From the human T2T-CHM13v2.0 reference genome, Homo sapiens: a stretch of 64,000 nucleotides of DNA. The notes beneath the pieces are model-generated. The model was not told the origin of the DNA. It saw only the letters and a list, made by a program, of their open reading frames with translations, and made no database searches. This document shows positions 1-13,123 of this stretch, in pieces. The position numbers were made by a program, and so were the translations under genes. The number at the start of each line of letters is the position of its first letter. Positions within the stretch are counted from its first letter, which is position 1. The stretch lies in assembly GCF_009914755.1 (NCBI RefSeq), contig NC_060928.1. The stretch is one strand, 5' to 3'.

Positions 1-229
1 CATTTTACTCCACAATAAACAGATCGGCCTTTTGCTCTCGGGGAAGGCAGTACATATCTCTTTCATGGCTATAAGCAGATCTGCCCTTTGCTCCAGGGTG
101 AGACACTGCATATTTCAAAGCTGCTGACTATACGAAGGTTCTTGAAATTATAGTCCAGAAAAAAGGGTTTTCAGCGTCTCCTTCGCAAAGTGTACAGAAA
201 AGCAAAAGACCTATAATCATCTCCCAGCA
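1..229 (-). mobile_element. ERVL solo LTR, 5' part (LTR40-like), cut by window edge
   Basis: Reverse complement resembles the recalled LTR40 start (TGTTGGGAGACAATT...GGAGCAAAGGGCAG); the GAGCAAARGGC motif occurs twice. Confidence 0.6.
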
Positions 230-1050
230 ATGTGTATAACAATTTATTTTTTCTAAACTTACTAGATGTTTGAATGATTTTCAGACTTTTGTACTATAAG
301 TAATACTGCTGAAAACATTTTTTCATTCTATTTTTGTAGAGACAGGGTTTTAGTATTTTGCCCTGGCTTGTCTCAAACTCCTGGGCTCAAGCACTCCACC
401 TACTTTGGCCTCCAAAAGTGCTAGAACTACAGGTGTGAGCCACTGCACCAGGCCTGAAAACATTCTTATACATGTCCTCTGGTTCATGTGTACAAGAGTT
501 TTCTAGTATCTGTTCTTAAGAGGTGAATTACTAGATTGTATTTTCACCAGCAGTATATAATTATTTTCATTGCATTTCATCTTCAGTAATCCTTTACACT
601 GTCAAACTTCTACTTTGGTCAATCTCATGAGTGTAAAATAATATCTGAACTTAGATTTAATTTTTATCTCTTAATTTTAAAGTTATCTGTTGTTTTTCTT
701 TTGCTTCTGAAAAATTACATTTATTATATATCCCATTTTTAAATTCAGTTATCTTTTTCTTAATTAGTAAGTATGCTAATAAGTATGTTATGGATACTAC
801 TCTGTCAATTTTATGTGGGTATGTACCTTCCAGATTGGGGGTTTGTTGTGAAAATATCTTTGATATCTTTCGAAGAATGGTCTTACTTTCCATATGGTTT
901 ATTTTTAATGTAATTAAAATTATTACTATTTCCTCTTACAGTGTTGTTTGCCATATAGTTAAGAAACCTGTTACTAGTGAGGTCATAAATGTTTTTTATT
1001 AATGTTTTATTAATGTTTAACTGTTTGGCTTCTTTACTTCTTCCACTTGG
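230..1050 (-). mobile_element. Ancient L1M LINE fragments, interrupted by a FLAM
   Basis: T-rich antisense L1 ORF2-end/3' motifs (aacattcttatacatgtc...gaattactagatt); highly diverged. Confidence 0.5.
320..454 (-). mobile_element. FLAM_C / AluJ left monomer
   Basis: Antisense Alu monomer (gtagagacaggg...gtgtgagccactgcaccaggcc); 10-bp TSD tgaaaacatt at 310-319 and 455-464. Confidence 0.9.
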
Positions 1051-1937
1051 GATAAATTAGGTTTTTGAATCTGAGAACTGGTGTCCTAACCCTAACCGTG
1101 ACCTAGGGGTTAAGGCCCTTAAAAGCATGTGTACTGTATTCCAGCACAGATCTTGTACACACAGAAGCAGCACTGACTGCATCATCTCCGGACCATTTAA
1201 TTGATTCTCCTGCTTTGCCCCCATATGTATGGATATTTCCAAAGATTTAGTACTTTATCCCCAGTTCTTTACTTATCAGTGGAAAATTGACATCTTGATC
1301 ACAAAATTTTAGATCACCTGTAATTCTTAACTGTAGCTCTGGTGTCTTTTATACTATCTCCATGTCCTATACTGCTGATAGAACACTTCAATTCAGATGA
1401 CTCCCTCCTGAAACGTCAAAGATTCGCCATGCTTCTTTTTTCAAAAAGTCATTATCTTTCCAAAACAAGTGCCTTTTTCTGTCTCTCTAAATCTTATAAA
1501 TAATGCCAGTATTCTCCAAGTTACCCAGGCTCCAAGCTGAGTGTCAACTTTTACTTTCTCATTTTGTCTCTTATTTCCTTCTGTATCATTCCTAACTATG
1601 TTTTGGTGTTCATAATTTCTTCTGTATTATGATGACAGCTTTCCAAGTGGTCTCCCTGCTATGGAAATCCCTCTCTACTTCAACCTATCCTACATAGGAG
1701 AAGTGAATACACTTCCTAAAGCATTATTATGATGGTCTGCTTCTCAACCACCACTTTAAATCTACAATTAAGCCTCATAATCACAAAATAAAGTACAAAC
1801 TTCTCTATTACAATATCTGGTGCCTATCATGATTTAGCTGGCTTAGCTGTCATTCTAACTTTACAACAAAACTGTTATTGGGTAGAAAAACCTGTTACTA
1901 ATTTTCTCCATAATTATGCATCTCTTCACCCCACTTA

Positions 1938-1975
1938 CGCACGTGCGCGCGCACACACACACACACACACACACG
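1938..1975. repeat. (CG)n(CA)n alternating purine-pyrimidine microsatellite
   Basis: cgcacgtgcgcgcg followed by a CA run, read directly. Confidence 0.95.
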
Positions 1976-2580
1976 CTCACGTGTTTTTTTTATTTTGCCT
2001 TAACAATCCATTTTTACTCTATTGCCCTTGCAATAGGAAATCCTTGACCATGGACCCAATTACCATCCGTTCCTTTCCTTCTTTGGTATGTTTTTTCATT
2101 ACAGCTAGATTAGAACTAAATTAAGATCACTTCATGGAGTTAAAGAGTAATTTTCCATAGAGATTCTCTTTGTTTCAAATGTCATAGAATGGTCAGCCAT
2201 ACTTAAATCAGAACGCAGAAACATGGTCTATGAGCTCAATGAAAAAAAAAATTGAACGTGATCCACAGTTGGGGAATCAGGCACAGATAGACATTTTTGA
2301 GAAATGCGGCACCCATGATGGAAGCCAGAGTAAAATGAACAACTAGACTTTCTATGGGATGAGTGATATAAACATCTAACAAAATGTACCAGAGCATACA
2401 GAAGGGACTAGATTCCAGTTGCACTGTGAAGCTATGTTTGTAACCCTTTCTCACTCCAACCCCTTCTACCATTGGTAGGTCTGTTCTCTCCTGAGTTATT
2501 GGTACACACTAGGAAAAAGAGGGTGGTTGGCAAAAATGTGTGCTATGTACTGTATCTTTCACATAATCACACACAGGAAT

Positions 2581-2733
2581 AGGGGTTGTGGATTTAGCAA
2601 AAAAGCAAAACCCCAAAAAACCCAAAAGAACTTTGGGTTAAATTTGAATTTCAGTTAAATAATGAATAATTCTTCTTCTAGTATAAGTATGTTCCAAATA
2701 TTGCATAGGATACAATTGTCCTAAAAAATTATT
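2581..2733. mobile_element. MER53 palindromic hAT MITE, copy 1 (lacks right terminus)
   Basis: gggttg..gatttagcaa...gttaaatttgaatttcag...agtataagtatgttccaaatattgcatagga matches the recalled MER53 consensus. Confidence 0.8.
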
Positions 2734-2995
2734 ACGCTATGTATATATATTTTAGTATAAATATATTTTTGTATACATTTTAGTGTAATAGAAGTATACA
2801 CATATTTTAGTGTACATATATCTACAAAATTGTACACTGAAATATGTATATACTTATAATGTATGTATATACTTATATATACATTTATATAATAAGACAT
2901 ATGTACACATATATATACACAAAAACATATGTATATACTTATACATGTGTAATAGATACACACTATATATACACACACAGAAAGAGAGTATATAC
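2734..2995. repeat. TA/CA low-complexity repeat ((TATACA)n-like)
   Basis: Degenerate tatata/tacaca runs; source of the Y/I/H-rich spurious ORFs. Confidence 0.9.
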
Positions 2996-3004
2996 TCTGA
3001 TTAA

Positions 3005-3151
3005 CCTGTTAAATTTAAGTTTCAGATAAACAATGAATCCTTATTTAGTGTATCTCAAATATTGCATGGAATATACTAAAAACAATGAATTGCTTATCTG
3101 AAATTAAGATTTAACCTTAACTGGAGTCTTGTATTTTATTTGTCAATATTA
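3005..3151. mobile_element. MER53 MITE, copy 2 (lacks left terminus)
   Basis: gttaaatttaagtttcagataaacaatgaat...caaatattgcatgg...ttatctgaaatt...actggagtcttgtattttat. Confidence 0.8.
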
Positions 3152-3449
3152 CAGAAGCATTGGCTGATTCCCTGCTGGGTGAAGTGAGGAGGATGGGCCT
3201 CTGACTGATGTGCAGGGCGTAAGCTGTGAGCTATCAGCAGAAAGTCAGCAAGAGCAGCAGGCAACAGAGCAGGGGAACCATAGAGCTTTAGAGGAGGCTT
3301 TGATTACATGTGAGCAACACCCCCTGGATCCTACTAGTGCAGGGCAGTCGGATTGCAAAAAACAGCCAAGGGCTTCTGAAGCATTGCCTCCTTTTGCATC
3401 ACTGAGACAGAATCCTAGGAGTCATAATGAAACTATGGGGCTAATTTGC

Positions 3450-3908
3450 CTTTAGAGTAAACTATTACCTTATCTTCAAAGATAAGCACCCTGAAGAGAG
3501 CAAAGAGACTCTTTTTATTCAGAGCTTGTTTAGAGAATGAGAGTCAGCCACCATCACTTGCCTTTGAGAGTCAAGGCAGGTAGAGAGGAAAGTTCTATAG
3601 TGAAAATGAGGAAGGCTTCAGACATGCCTTGATTGGAGGCATTGGCATGAGGAAGCTGACAGTGGACTAACTAGAAGCAGGGGAACTTATGTAACTGATT
3701 TAAAAAGATTAACTGTTTATGATTGATCCTGAGTTGTAAGTAGGACAAAAAAATAGTTAAGCTGAAATCCCTTTATCAAGTTCTGATTGTATCCAGTTGT
3801 TGTTAAAGTTGTTGTTTGCTTCCTGGGCTGGTTGCTGCAGAGTTTGTGGGTCACAGTTTTATTTCATATATGATCTGATGATTGTTCAGTTGTATATTTA
3901 GTCTGTCA
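3450..3908 (-). mobile_element. ERV1-class solo LTR (MER90-like)
   Basis: Reverse complement reads tgacagactaaatatacaa...aaaactgtgacccacaaactctgcagcaaccagcccaggaagc, like the recalled MER90 start. Confidence 0.55.
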
Positions 3909-5145
3909 GTATGAATGTATTAAGAATAAAATTAGAAAATCTATTTAAAGCTCTTGGGCAGTATCAAGCACAGCATAGCATTCCATAAAGCATTGCTATT
4001 GTTAATAATAATAATGAAAATAATATTATTAGGTCTATATTCTAAACAGACCGAGGACACTGAGAAGCCTAGATACAGTGAGACTGGCCAGTTTTGTTTC
4101 CTAGAGAGTGTCAAATACGACTTGCATTGGCATATAGGAAATTGTCAAAATTTTTATAGGTCAAAATTGTTTAAATATCTACGATTTCTAATCACTCCTC
4201 TATCTAACATTAATTAGAATTTATTATGGCTCATTGTATATATTAAGTTATATAAAAGCCTATACATTCACCTTAGAATGTTTATTAACAATAGCCTTCC
4301 TTTTATACTGCCTCAGCCTAATACTTCATTCAGTGAAGAAGTCAAGGTTTTGGGAGCAAGATATGCATAATTACAGAGGGAGTGATAATTACATGGAATG
4401 ATTAGCATAGTGCAGTTGTTTTAAAAGGGAATAAATCAATAAACATAAGGAGAGGTTATTTACATCACCTTAGTGTTCCTAAAAATCAGAACATCTTCGA
4501 AGGAGTAAAACGTTTGAATCTCAATCACTTGCCTGCTGTGGTATTTTGCAAAATGTAGAGAGAAGTGCTGCATAAAAGAATTAAGTATTTGTAAGTTTAA
4601 AGATTTAGTTGATTTGCTTTCTGCTAAGCTCAAGAACGGTTTGAAGAACTCTCAGCTCCAGGTCTAGGTTGCTTGCTTTCTGTAAGATACTAATATGAAG
4701 TGAGCCCAGTTATTGCCTACTTAATAATTTGCATATAATCACCAATATTATTTGGTGATGTTGCTTGTAGGTCTATTTTTATGTAAGTGAGATGCACAGC
4801 AAAACAACTCTACAATGAGCCTAATGGCATTGTTCAGGTTGTATATCTAATTGCTCTCATTACCCACTTCACTTTCACACACTTAGGTAAACTGGGTGGG
4901 GTGGAGGCCTGCACACTTTATCTTACAAAGCTGTTTAAATTTTAGCGAATGAATGACATAGCACCGTGATTTCAGAAATTGGGTTTATTGGCTCTGAAAT
5001 GAAATAAGCATTATAGGATGACTGTAGGTTGCTTTTCCCAGACATCGTCATTCACTGTGTTAATGATGAGAACTGCCTGAGGGATCAATTCAATCCACCT
5101 TTTTAATATATTGCTAGTATATGTAAAAATGCTATATATATTAGT

Positions 5146-5691
5146 TGTGCTGAACCCCTATTCACCTCAATAGGGAAGGCACTGGGTTCAAGAGGTACAA
5201 GAGGCCAAAGAAGAGACCCAGAGCCAGCAAACAAGACGTGGGGTTTTGTAAGGGGTGTACATACAGGAGAGAGAGACTAGTGTCGGTAGGCTAGACAGGA
5301 AAACCCCTTATGTACAGAAACAGTTCGGTTGCGGCAGGCCAGATAACATATCTGCCTTCCTACAGTCCAGTGGCGAGCTGGGCAGCAGAACCACAACCAC
5401 TTGCAATCATCATGCAGTTTATATAGCATTTTCACTTAACTTCTTCCCCCTAACCTCTTCCTCTACTTGGCAACCTTAATTTAACCCAAAACTCAGAACC
5501 TGAATCCTCTGTACAACCCATGTTCCATAGGACAGGACAGGGGCTCAGATGTTCCTCATAGACAAGGAATGAATCTATGTGTTGGCCATTCCAGGATTCC
5601 CTATCTCAGAACACATGTTCAAGTGCATCTGCCGTACAAGATCATTCTAAAGGTATGCTTACATTATTGCTATCAGGTGATTTACCCTACA
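5146..5691 (-). mobile_element. ERVL solo LTR (LTR47-like)
   Basis: TG...CA termini; reverse complement starts TGTAGGGTAAATCACCTGATAGCAATAATGTAAGCATACC; TATA-like GCTATATAAACTGCATG on the minus strand. Confidence 0.75.
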
Positions 5692-6899
5692 ATACTCAAT
5701 ACTCAAACTTTCTTGCCACTCATCTTTGTAAGAAAACTCTTGCTTTCTGATAGCTAGCTGTAAACACATGCATTAATAGTGACTAAACCTGAATTCAACT
5801 GGTACTTTGTTTTAAAACTACAAAAGAAAATTCCATAGGGTAAATAACTTTCTAGATATTCAAATATTTCAGCATAGACATTTCTTTATCATAATTAAGC
5901 TTCATTATTCTAAAAATGAGGGCATGTTTTGTGTATGCTAATGTCACCCTTAACCTCTTCTATATTTCCATATGTAAGAGAAAAGTAAACTTTCCCAGTT
6001 CCTCAAAATGTTTCTTTAAAGACTTTATGGTCTTAAGAGAATTGTTTGGCCTGAGTACAAATACCACCAAGCTTTTATTAAAGTGCCTTTTACACTGTAG
6101 TATTTTAATGTAATCAGGACAGAAGTCAAGATATAGAGACTAGTAAATAACTTAATGTCTTACAGTGGATCTCTGCTGTGATTGCATATAATCTCAATTA
6201 TTATATGTCCAGCAGATGGATGCTTAGATAGTTGGATAAAACTTCTATTTGAACAGCTTTTGAAAAAAAAAAACCTCAAATATCAGAGAACATTTCTTCT
6301 TTTGTCATTTATTTCCCATGAAATTACTGAAATAACCTGGGATCTAATTGCAAAGATTCAAATTCATTTAAAACATACTAATTAAGAGGTAGTCATAATG
6401 CCTTTTAACTGTTTCCATTTACTCTCCCTTAATTTTATAATTACAAAAATAACACTGAGTGCAGTGAATATAAAACTAACTGCAGAACTTCTCAGGATAA
6501 TCTTCAAGGCTTTTAGCAGCCTTTAGCCATATGGGTTTTGCATATATGGTTCCAAAATGGCTCTTATCCATATACATTTATGGAGAAATCTTAAAAAAGG
6601 AAAATATATTTGGGTAATGTTAAGGACAAGTGTTAGCAAGTATGAAACAGAGTTTGCCACAGGCCAGATATCATCCATTTGTAAGCCACTCGGTATAGGC
6701 TTGCCTTTTGTGGGATCAACTTGTATTAGTTCAGCAGTAGTCCTAACTACAAACAAACAAAGAGACAAAAAAGAGCTTTTTATGTTTTGGCTTACTCCTC
6801 AAATTTAAACCCACTATAAAATCCTCTTAGGAGAAGTACTGTTTCTTATTAGAATCATATAGCTGACACCATGTGTGCCCCCTCCTGATACCTAAAGAT

Positions 6900-7270
6900 A
6901 TTCCTTTAGCAGAGCTATGGGAATGATCCCCCGGTGTCTATGTGTGTTTCTGAGACCTTCAGAAAATGTCCTGGGTGTTTGAAGTTGCCATGGTTCTCTT
7001 GCAAATGCCTGGGACTCTACTTTCCCCAGATGTAGCCAGGCCAGAAGCCAGTGACTAAGTGGTTCTTGGGAGAAGAAGGGAGGAAATACAAGTTCCCTTG
7101 TCTGAAAAGTGACCACTCCAGAGCCTCCAGCAGTAGGGACAGGCTGAGGCTGCTTCTTCACCTGAAATTGCAGCTTTGCTTGGTTCTTTCCCTTCCTTTC
7201 TGCTCCCCACAGTTTATTTTCCTTAGACCTTTGACTCAGGGTTCGCTTATCAGATAAACTACCTAAGACA
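6900..7270 (+). mobile_element. Old ERVL LTR (LTR16/LTR33-like)
   Basis: caggctgaggct...ctttgcttggttcttt motif and terminal acctaagaca. Confidence 0.5.
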
Positions 7271-9499
7271 AATTGCATGTGTGCCTCTCCTACTGTGTTA
7301 TATAGAAGTTTGAACAATAGTTATGAAATGAATAAATACTAGTAAAGTGGCTAAAGAAGAGCTCATTGGTCCAGGAGATTCAAGTAAATTTCATCATTTT
7401 ATGGTTCTTTCCTTTCTCCCTTCCTTGATGGAATGACTTGTTGTGGTGAATGACTGTAAATTCTCAGAAATCATACAATCTACTATGGGATACTCAGCAG
7501 CGAATTCTAAATTTAGGGTGTGTGTAGGGGGACACAGGGAACATAGAGACATTTTTACCATATTGAGCAAATCTTAGTTTCTAGGATTCTATAATATATA
7601 GTTCTTTGTCACTGAATAAAATAACCATGGACAAGATTTTTGGAACAAATGATAGCATGAAAGCTAGCGTCAGTAGCTCAGTGACCCACCCAGGGAAGGA
7701 GAGTAACAGCAAGATGGTCTACAAGAACCTGAATAATGGTAATGTAGATAATGTAAATTAAAATATCAAAATTACATTTTTTCAATTTTAAAGCTTTAAT
7801 TTAAATTTGAAGTGAAATATGTTCATATGGAAGCTAATTTGTTTGCCATTATGATGAGCTTCTATAATTTTATGCTGCATAATTACATTTAGCTCCATTT
7901 GAGGAAATAGAAACTTATAATAAAACACAAACATAATCTTAAGAACTTTACAGTCCTACACTATATGATTATTATCTGTGCATGGAAGGTAGATTTTTTT
8001 ATTTTATTTTTTTAGGAGTTTATTTCATTTTAAAAGAAAACAACATTTTCAAATAACTACACATGAGATTTTTAATGATTAAATTGTCTGTCATAATTCT
8101 TGACCCTAGTCAGTAAGACACAATAATTAATGAATAAGTTAGTTGCTTTTAATGTTCCCAGTTTAGTGATATACAACTTACAGTGTCTCGGAATCTTTTA
8201 GAGTTATGTCTAGATGAGCAGGCATCTGATATATTGCTTCTTTGGTAAGAGTATAATAGCTAAAGAACAATTACTAGCTTTGTGAGGATGGCATTTTATC
8301 AATGGAACTTCCATTAAGTTAGCCTTCCATCTTGTTAATGCCATGCTCTTTTTTCAGGACCTTGACATCATTATAATGTGTCAGTATAGGGGGGGATAAT
8401 GTACTTTTAAAGTGCCGTAGATATAAATGTGTATTCCTGTCTTTGGTAAATTAGCATTCAAAGCTTTCTTGCTGCAGTCATTTTAAGGACTACATGAGAA
8501 TACTAAATACATGAGATATAAAAAGTATATCACTTTGACAGGAAAAAAATACTAGCTAACCAACTGCTTGTTAACATTCACTCTTTACATATGGTATCCC
8601 TCAAAAAGTAGTTTTTATGTGTTTCTTATGGTATAGTCAGCATTCTCTTCACTTGTCCTAATGGGAAAACTTTATCGGAATTAAATTGAATATTCATAAA
8701 GATGGCATTTTAAATAGCTATTTCCTGTATACAAGGAGTCATTAGTTAGAAAATAAATATTTTTTAAAAAGGAAATCCTCTTTATTCTTATCTGATTTGA
8801 TTTCAGGTATTCTTGTGGGAAGTGGTTAGAATTAGGAACTAAAAATTGTAGTAAAACTGTTTTCTTGAATAAGTATAAAATGTTATTGAAAGTGGTTATG
8901 CCTGTATAATGTCAAAAGGAGACATTGAGAATTCAGGCAAATTGCCAATTTTTTGATTGATAGGGCTACAATTGACTGATTTGATAGATTACTTTTTCTT
9001 CTAAGGAATTGTCCAGTTGTTTGATGAAGCTGATCAAATCTGTAAACTCTGTAAGTAATATATTACTGAATTAGGAAAATATTAATGCCCCCTTAATAAA
9101 TCTTAGTACAAAACTCTTTACCAGTTAATTTCATATACTATAACTCTAATTATAAGGTGACTGTCTTTTGATGTCTTCAAAATGGTTAAACATAGTTAAA
9201 AATATTATCTTACCTGTTTGGAAATAAAAATTACAGAAAAATTTTCTCACTTAAAAATGAAAGTTTACTGTCTTCTTAAATTCAGCATATCCCCTCCAGT
9301 GTTTTTCTAGTGGTTTCTTTAGTTGTCAATAAATATATTAGATCTCCCTACACTCGTAAAATTTATCAGATTTTTTACAATTCTGTAGGTACCAGTCAAG
9401 AATATAAAAGACAACAAATTCAAGTATTCCAAGGCAATAGTGGGAGGATTTTTCATATGGAGGAGAGGCTTTTAGGCTTCAGAGTCTCAACCCTTATTT

Positions 9500-9827
9500 C
9501 TTTTCTTTTCTTTTTCTTTTTTTTTTTTTTTATGAGATGGAGTCTTGCTATGTTCACCTATGCTGGGGTGTAGTCACGCAATCTCAGCTCACTACAACTT
9601 CCGCCTCCCATATTCAAGCAATTCTTCTTCCTCAGCCTCCCAAGTAGCTGGGATTACAGGCACACACCACTATGCCTGGCTATTTTTTTATTTTTTATTT
9701 TCAGTAGAGATGGGGTTTCATTATCTTGGCCAGGTTGGTCTTGAACTCCCGACCTCAGGTGATCTCACTGCCTCGGCCTCCCAAAGTGCTAGGATTACAG
9801 CTAGGACTTCAGCCACCACGCCCGGCC
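9500..9827 (-). mobile_element. AluS (Sx/Sz-like), full length
   Basis: Dimeric antisense Alu with cctcaggtgatc and a poly-T tail; TSD tcaaccctt(a/g)ttt at 9487-9499 and 9828-9840. Confidence 0.95.
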
Positions 9828-9853
9828 TCAACCCTTGTTTGTAAGAGTCCTTT

Positions 9854-10148
9854 TGAAGCAGCCTCATTGTTTGGAGTGACACCCAGAGTTCTTGGTCTCA
9901 CCGTCAAGGAAATCAAGGATGCGGACACACCAAGGGTGAGGTTTAGAGCAGAAATATAATAGGAGAAAGAAAGAGAACAGCTCTTTGTTACAGACCTCCT
10001 TATCTTTGTTTGCAGCTTGATCTTCCAGGCTGCTTTCTGTTAGAAAATAAGTGATTTCTTGGGCCGCTTTTTGTTAGAAGGGAAGTTCTGCTGAGGACTC
10101 TTTGCCCTCACTTTCTGCCTAAATAGTTTCTTTCTACCTCCTGTATCA
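9854..10148 (-). mobile_element. LTR9-family (ERV1) solo LTR, internally deleted
   Basis: Reverse complement starts TGATACAGGAGGTAGAAAGAAACTATTTAGGCAG and ends GAGGCTGCTTCA; 4-bp TSD cttt on both sides. Confidence 0.8.
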
Positions 10149-10899
10149 CTTTCTCTTTTGGAAGTATCTTAGATATTAATCACTGCTGGGCAAATTGACT
10201 GGAGGAAAGGGCAGCTATGGAGTTAAACTATAGTACTTGCCCAAGATGCAGAACTCAGCAGAGTAATGCTCCTCTGCCAATATTTCAACCAAAGGAAAAC
10301 ACAGAACCCTTCTCTTAATTTATTGTAGCACAACTGAGAGCAAGCTAGAAGACATAACCACAGCTCCAGTAAGGGTACACATATTACAAAGAGAAAATGA
10401 GGATTTATACTTTAGATTTAATATTTCCCTGCTGAGGACTCTCACTGGAATGTCCAACTCTCTACCGCTCTTTGGTTTCTGGTTCATCATAGTGGAAGAA
10501 GCATCTAGCCTGTGTCACTCAGGACTACTCTCAAGCATCTCGAGATTTAGAATTTTAGAGTACAGTGATTCAGTTAAGCAAACAACAAGTAGTACTATTT
10601 CCCATCTATTAAAATCTATCTTCCACATGGCTTCCTGTGTGTTTACTTATTGCCAAAAACAGACTAACATTTGAATGCAGAGCACCATATCTAACACATG
10701 CACAAGAGATAGGCCATTTAGTCTTTGCGGAGTTTTATTTTAATGCTCATAATCTTTGAGTTAAGTTACCTTCCTTTCTCTCTCCTTTTCTTTTTGTGAC
10801 TAACCTCTCAAAAAAGTGTTTCTTGCTAATTTCATTGACTTGTACATTGAGATTGTTTGCAATCAGGTATCTACTACAGCTTAACTGAAAGATAGCCAT

Positions 10900-11440
10900 C
10901 CAATCACAAAATCAAGTGGCCCTTTCTCAATAGGAAACTTTATCTGTTCTCTGTAACTATCCACACAGCTGACTGTCTTTTTAAAACTATCATCCCTGTG
11001 ACCAATAAAGGTATTGTATTCTGCTTCTTTACACACAAGCTGCTCCTGCCCATTTCTTTACTGACTTTTCCTGTTTTTCCACTGTCCCTAGGTTCGAAAG
11101 TCACACTTCTTTTCTGATTTGGTCTCTCTTCTTTGGTAATCCCACAGATACAATCACACCTACTTCCTAAATCTGAACCATGATATCTCTTGACTTATCT
11201 AGTCTGCAAACTATAATGGTCCATTGGGATATCTAGCTGAACATTCTAATAGATCCCTTAAACATAGCACATTCTAAACAATATTCATTTTATCAATTAC
11301 AATACATTTCTTTTTCTAATTTCTCTTGTTTGTTTATGACAATCCTATTTTTTCCAATCACCTGGGCTCTACATGCCTAAAAATCATTTTACTTCTCTCT
11401 GTTCTTTAATTCATATATCCAGTCATTTCCTAGAGTAATT
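10900..11440 (+). mobile_element. L2 LINE fragment
   Basis: Pyrimidine-rich, highly diverged L2-like motifs (ccaatcacctgggct...aaaatcattttacttctctc). Confidence 0.4.
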
Positions 11441-11559
11441 TTCTCTTGGAGTCTGAGTTGTATCTTGATATTGTCATTTTCTAAAAATTCTTTATTTTTC
11501 CTATTCAAGGTGTTCTTCTGTTCAGTTATGGCCTCAACATTTTTCTCTTATTTTTTTTG

Positions 11560-11930
11560 GTTATCAAAATAATTTTTACTCATAATACAAATAAATTATA
11601 ATTAAATTTAAAGTTCTCTTCCACCACTAATAGCCCATTTTCTCTATATCATGGTTTTATGTGTATTGTTCAAAAAAACATGCATGTGCAGAGATTTCTA
11701 AATTATCTCCAAATTAGCTAAAGCAAGGTATTTGTTAACTAGTATTGTATGAAGATGCTATTTCCCCACATTCTCCTAACTTTTATGTTATCATTCCTTA
11801 ATATTTTCCAATCTATTCCCTTATTGTTTTAATTTGCATTTTGTTTTTTGTAAATAAGATTGAACATCTATTTGTATGCTTATAAGTAATTTGCATTGCT
11901 TTTTCTGTGAACTGACTATACATTTTGCCT
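11560..11930 (-). mobile_element. L1ME-type fragment
   Basis: ttattgttttaatttgcattt...gattgaacatct...tttgcattgctttttctgtgaactg is typical antisense L1 ORF2 end. Confidence 0.6.
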
Positions 11931-12102
11931 TCTATCGTGTTCTTGTCTTACTACCTCAAGACTTTCTTGGCTTCTGTGATGATTACAAATTGTTTCTAGG
12001 TTAATCTTTCTAATTCACATCTCTAATCAACATACTTTCCAGTTAAAATTATTTCAATTATTGTTGATTTCAACTGTACAAAATTTGAACCTCTTAGTCT
12101 AG

Positions 12103-12650
12103 TATACCAGTCAAGGTTCTTAGGTACAAGTAATAGATTCTTAGGTATAAGTAATAGGAACCAGAAACCTGAATCATTTGGCAGAAATGGATTTCATTAG
12201 AAGGATATTGAGAAACCCACAATCTATGGCAGGGCTTGAGAAACATATCTAGAAGTCATGCCTTTTGGAGAAAAATATTCAAAATTATGCTGCTAAACTG
12301 ATTTATTACAGATATTAAGAATGTTTCCCTGCTATCATCAATACTTAAAAAGTGGATGCTTTTAATGAAGCTATACCCATGGACAACTTTAGAAAATAAG
12401 TTTAGCTGACCCCATTGCAACCATATCTATCTAGTTGGTCATTCCCTTCAGATTCAAAAGTTTGAATGTGCTTATCTGATTGCCCTATATCCTCTGCCTG
12501 AACTCAATGTAAAAGACAAACACAGAAAGCAATTATCTAGCAATTTCTACTTCTAAAGTTGGATGTGTGCTTTGCCTCAAAAGTTGGTGGATTTCACACA
12601 CACAGGAAAAGGTTCAGTAGCTAGATACCACAAAGAATGACAGATGTCAA
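12103..12650 (-). mobile_element. Old MaLR LTR (MLT1K/L-like)
   Basis: Starts tataccagtcaaggttctt...agaaacc...gaaatggatttcattagaaggatattg, like an antisense MLT1 3' end. Confidence 0.5.
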
Positions 12651-13123
12651 CTAAAGTTGCTATATACTTCCCTCTCTAATCCTCCTTTGCCTATTTTTTG
12701 AAAACTGCATGTTTCATTCCTAATATAACCTATAGTCAGCTAATTTAGACCTACCCTTCCTAAGATGTACCCTTAATTTTTTGCATCCCTCATCTTTTCT
12801 AATCCTATTCTCTGCATAGATTCCTCACCTTCTGGCATTCTACTCATTCTTACAATTTCTACTTGCAATATCTTTTTTTAATTATGAAACTTTCTTAATA
12901 ATTTCCCTTTCTTCAAACTGCCATACAATTTTATTCCCTCAAACAATAATACTCATTGTATTGTCTTGTCCGAAAATTATTCTAGTATGTGGCATCTTGT
13001 CCTATTACTCTGTAGGCACCAATGTTATAGGGACAGTTCCTTTTCATTTTCAATGCATTAAAATATTTGGAAGATTTACACATCAATACAAAGAACCCAT
13101 CAAAAATAGACCTCTAATTCCCT

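Noticed and set aside
1085-1115. cctaaccctaacc as an interstitial telomere
   Set aside because: Only about two units, which is expected by chance.
2721-3029. Tyr/Ile/His-rich ORFs
   Set aside because: These are translations of TA/CA low-complexity sequence.
6892-7317. 141-aa minus-strand ORF
   Set aside because: It overlaps an old LTR, has a non-ATG start and shows no recognisable domain.
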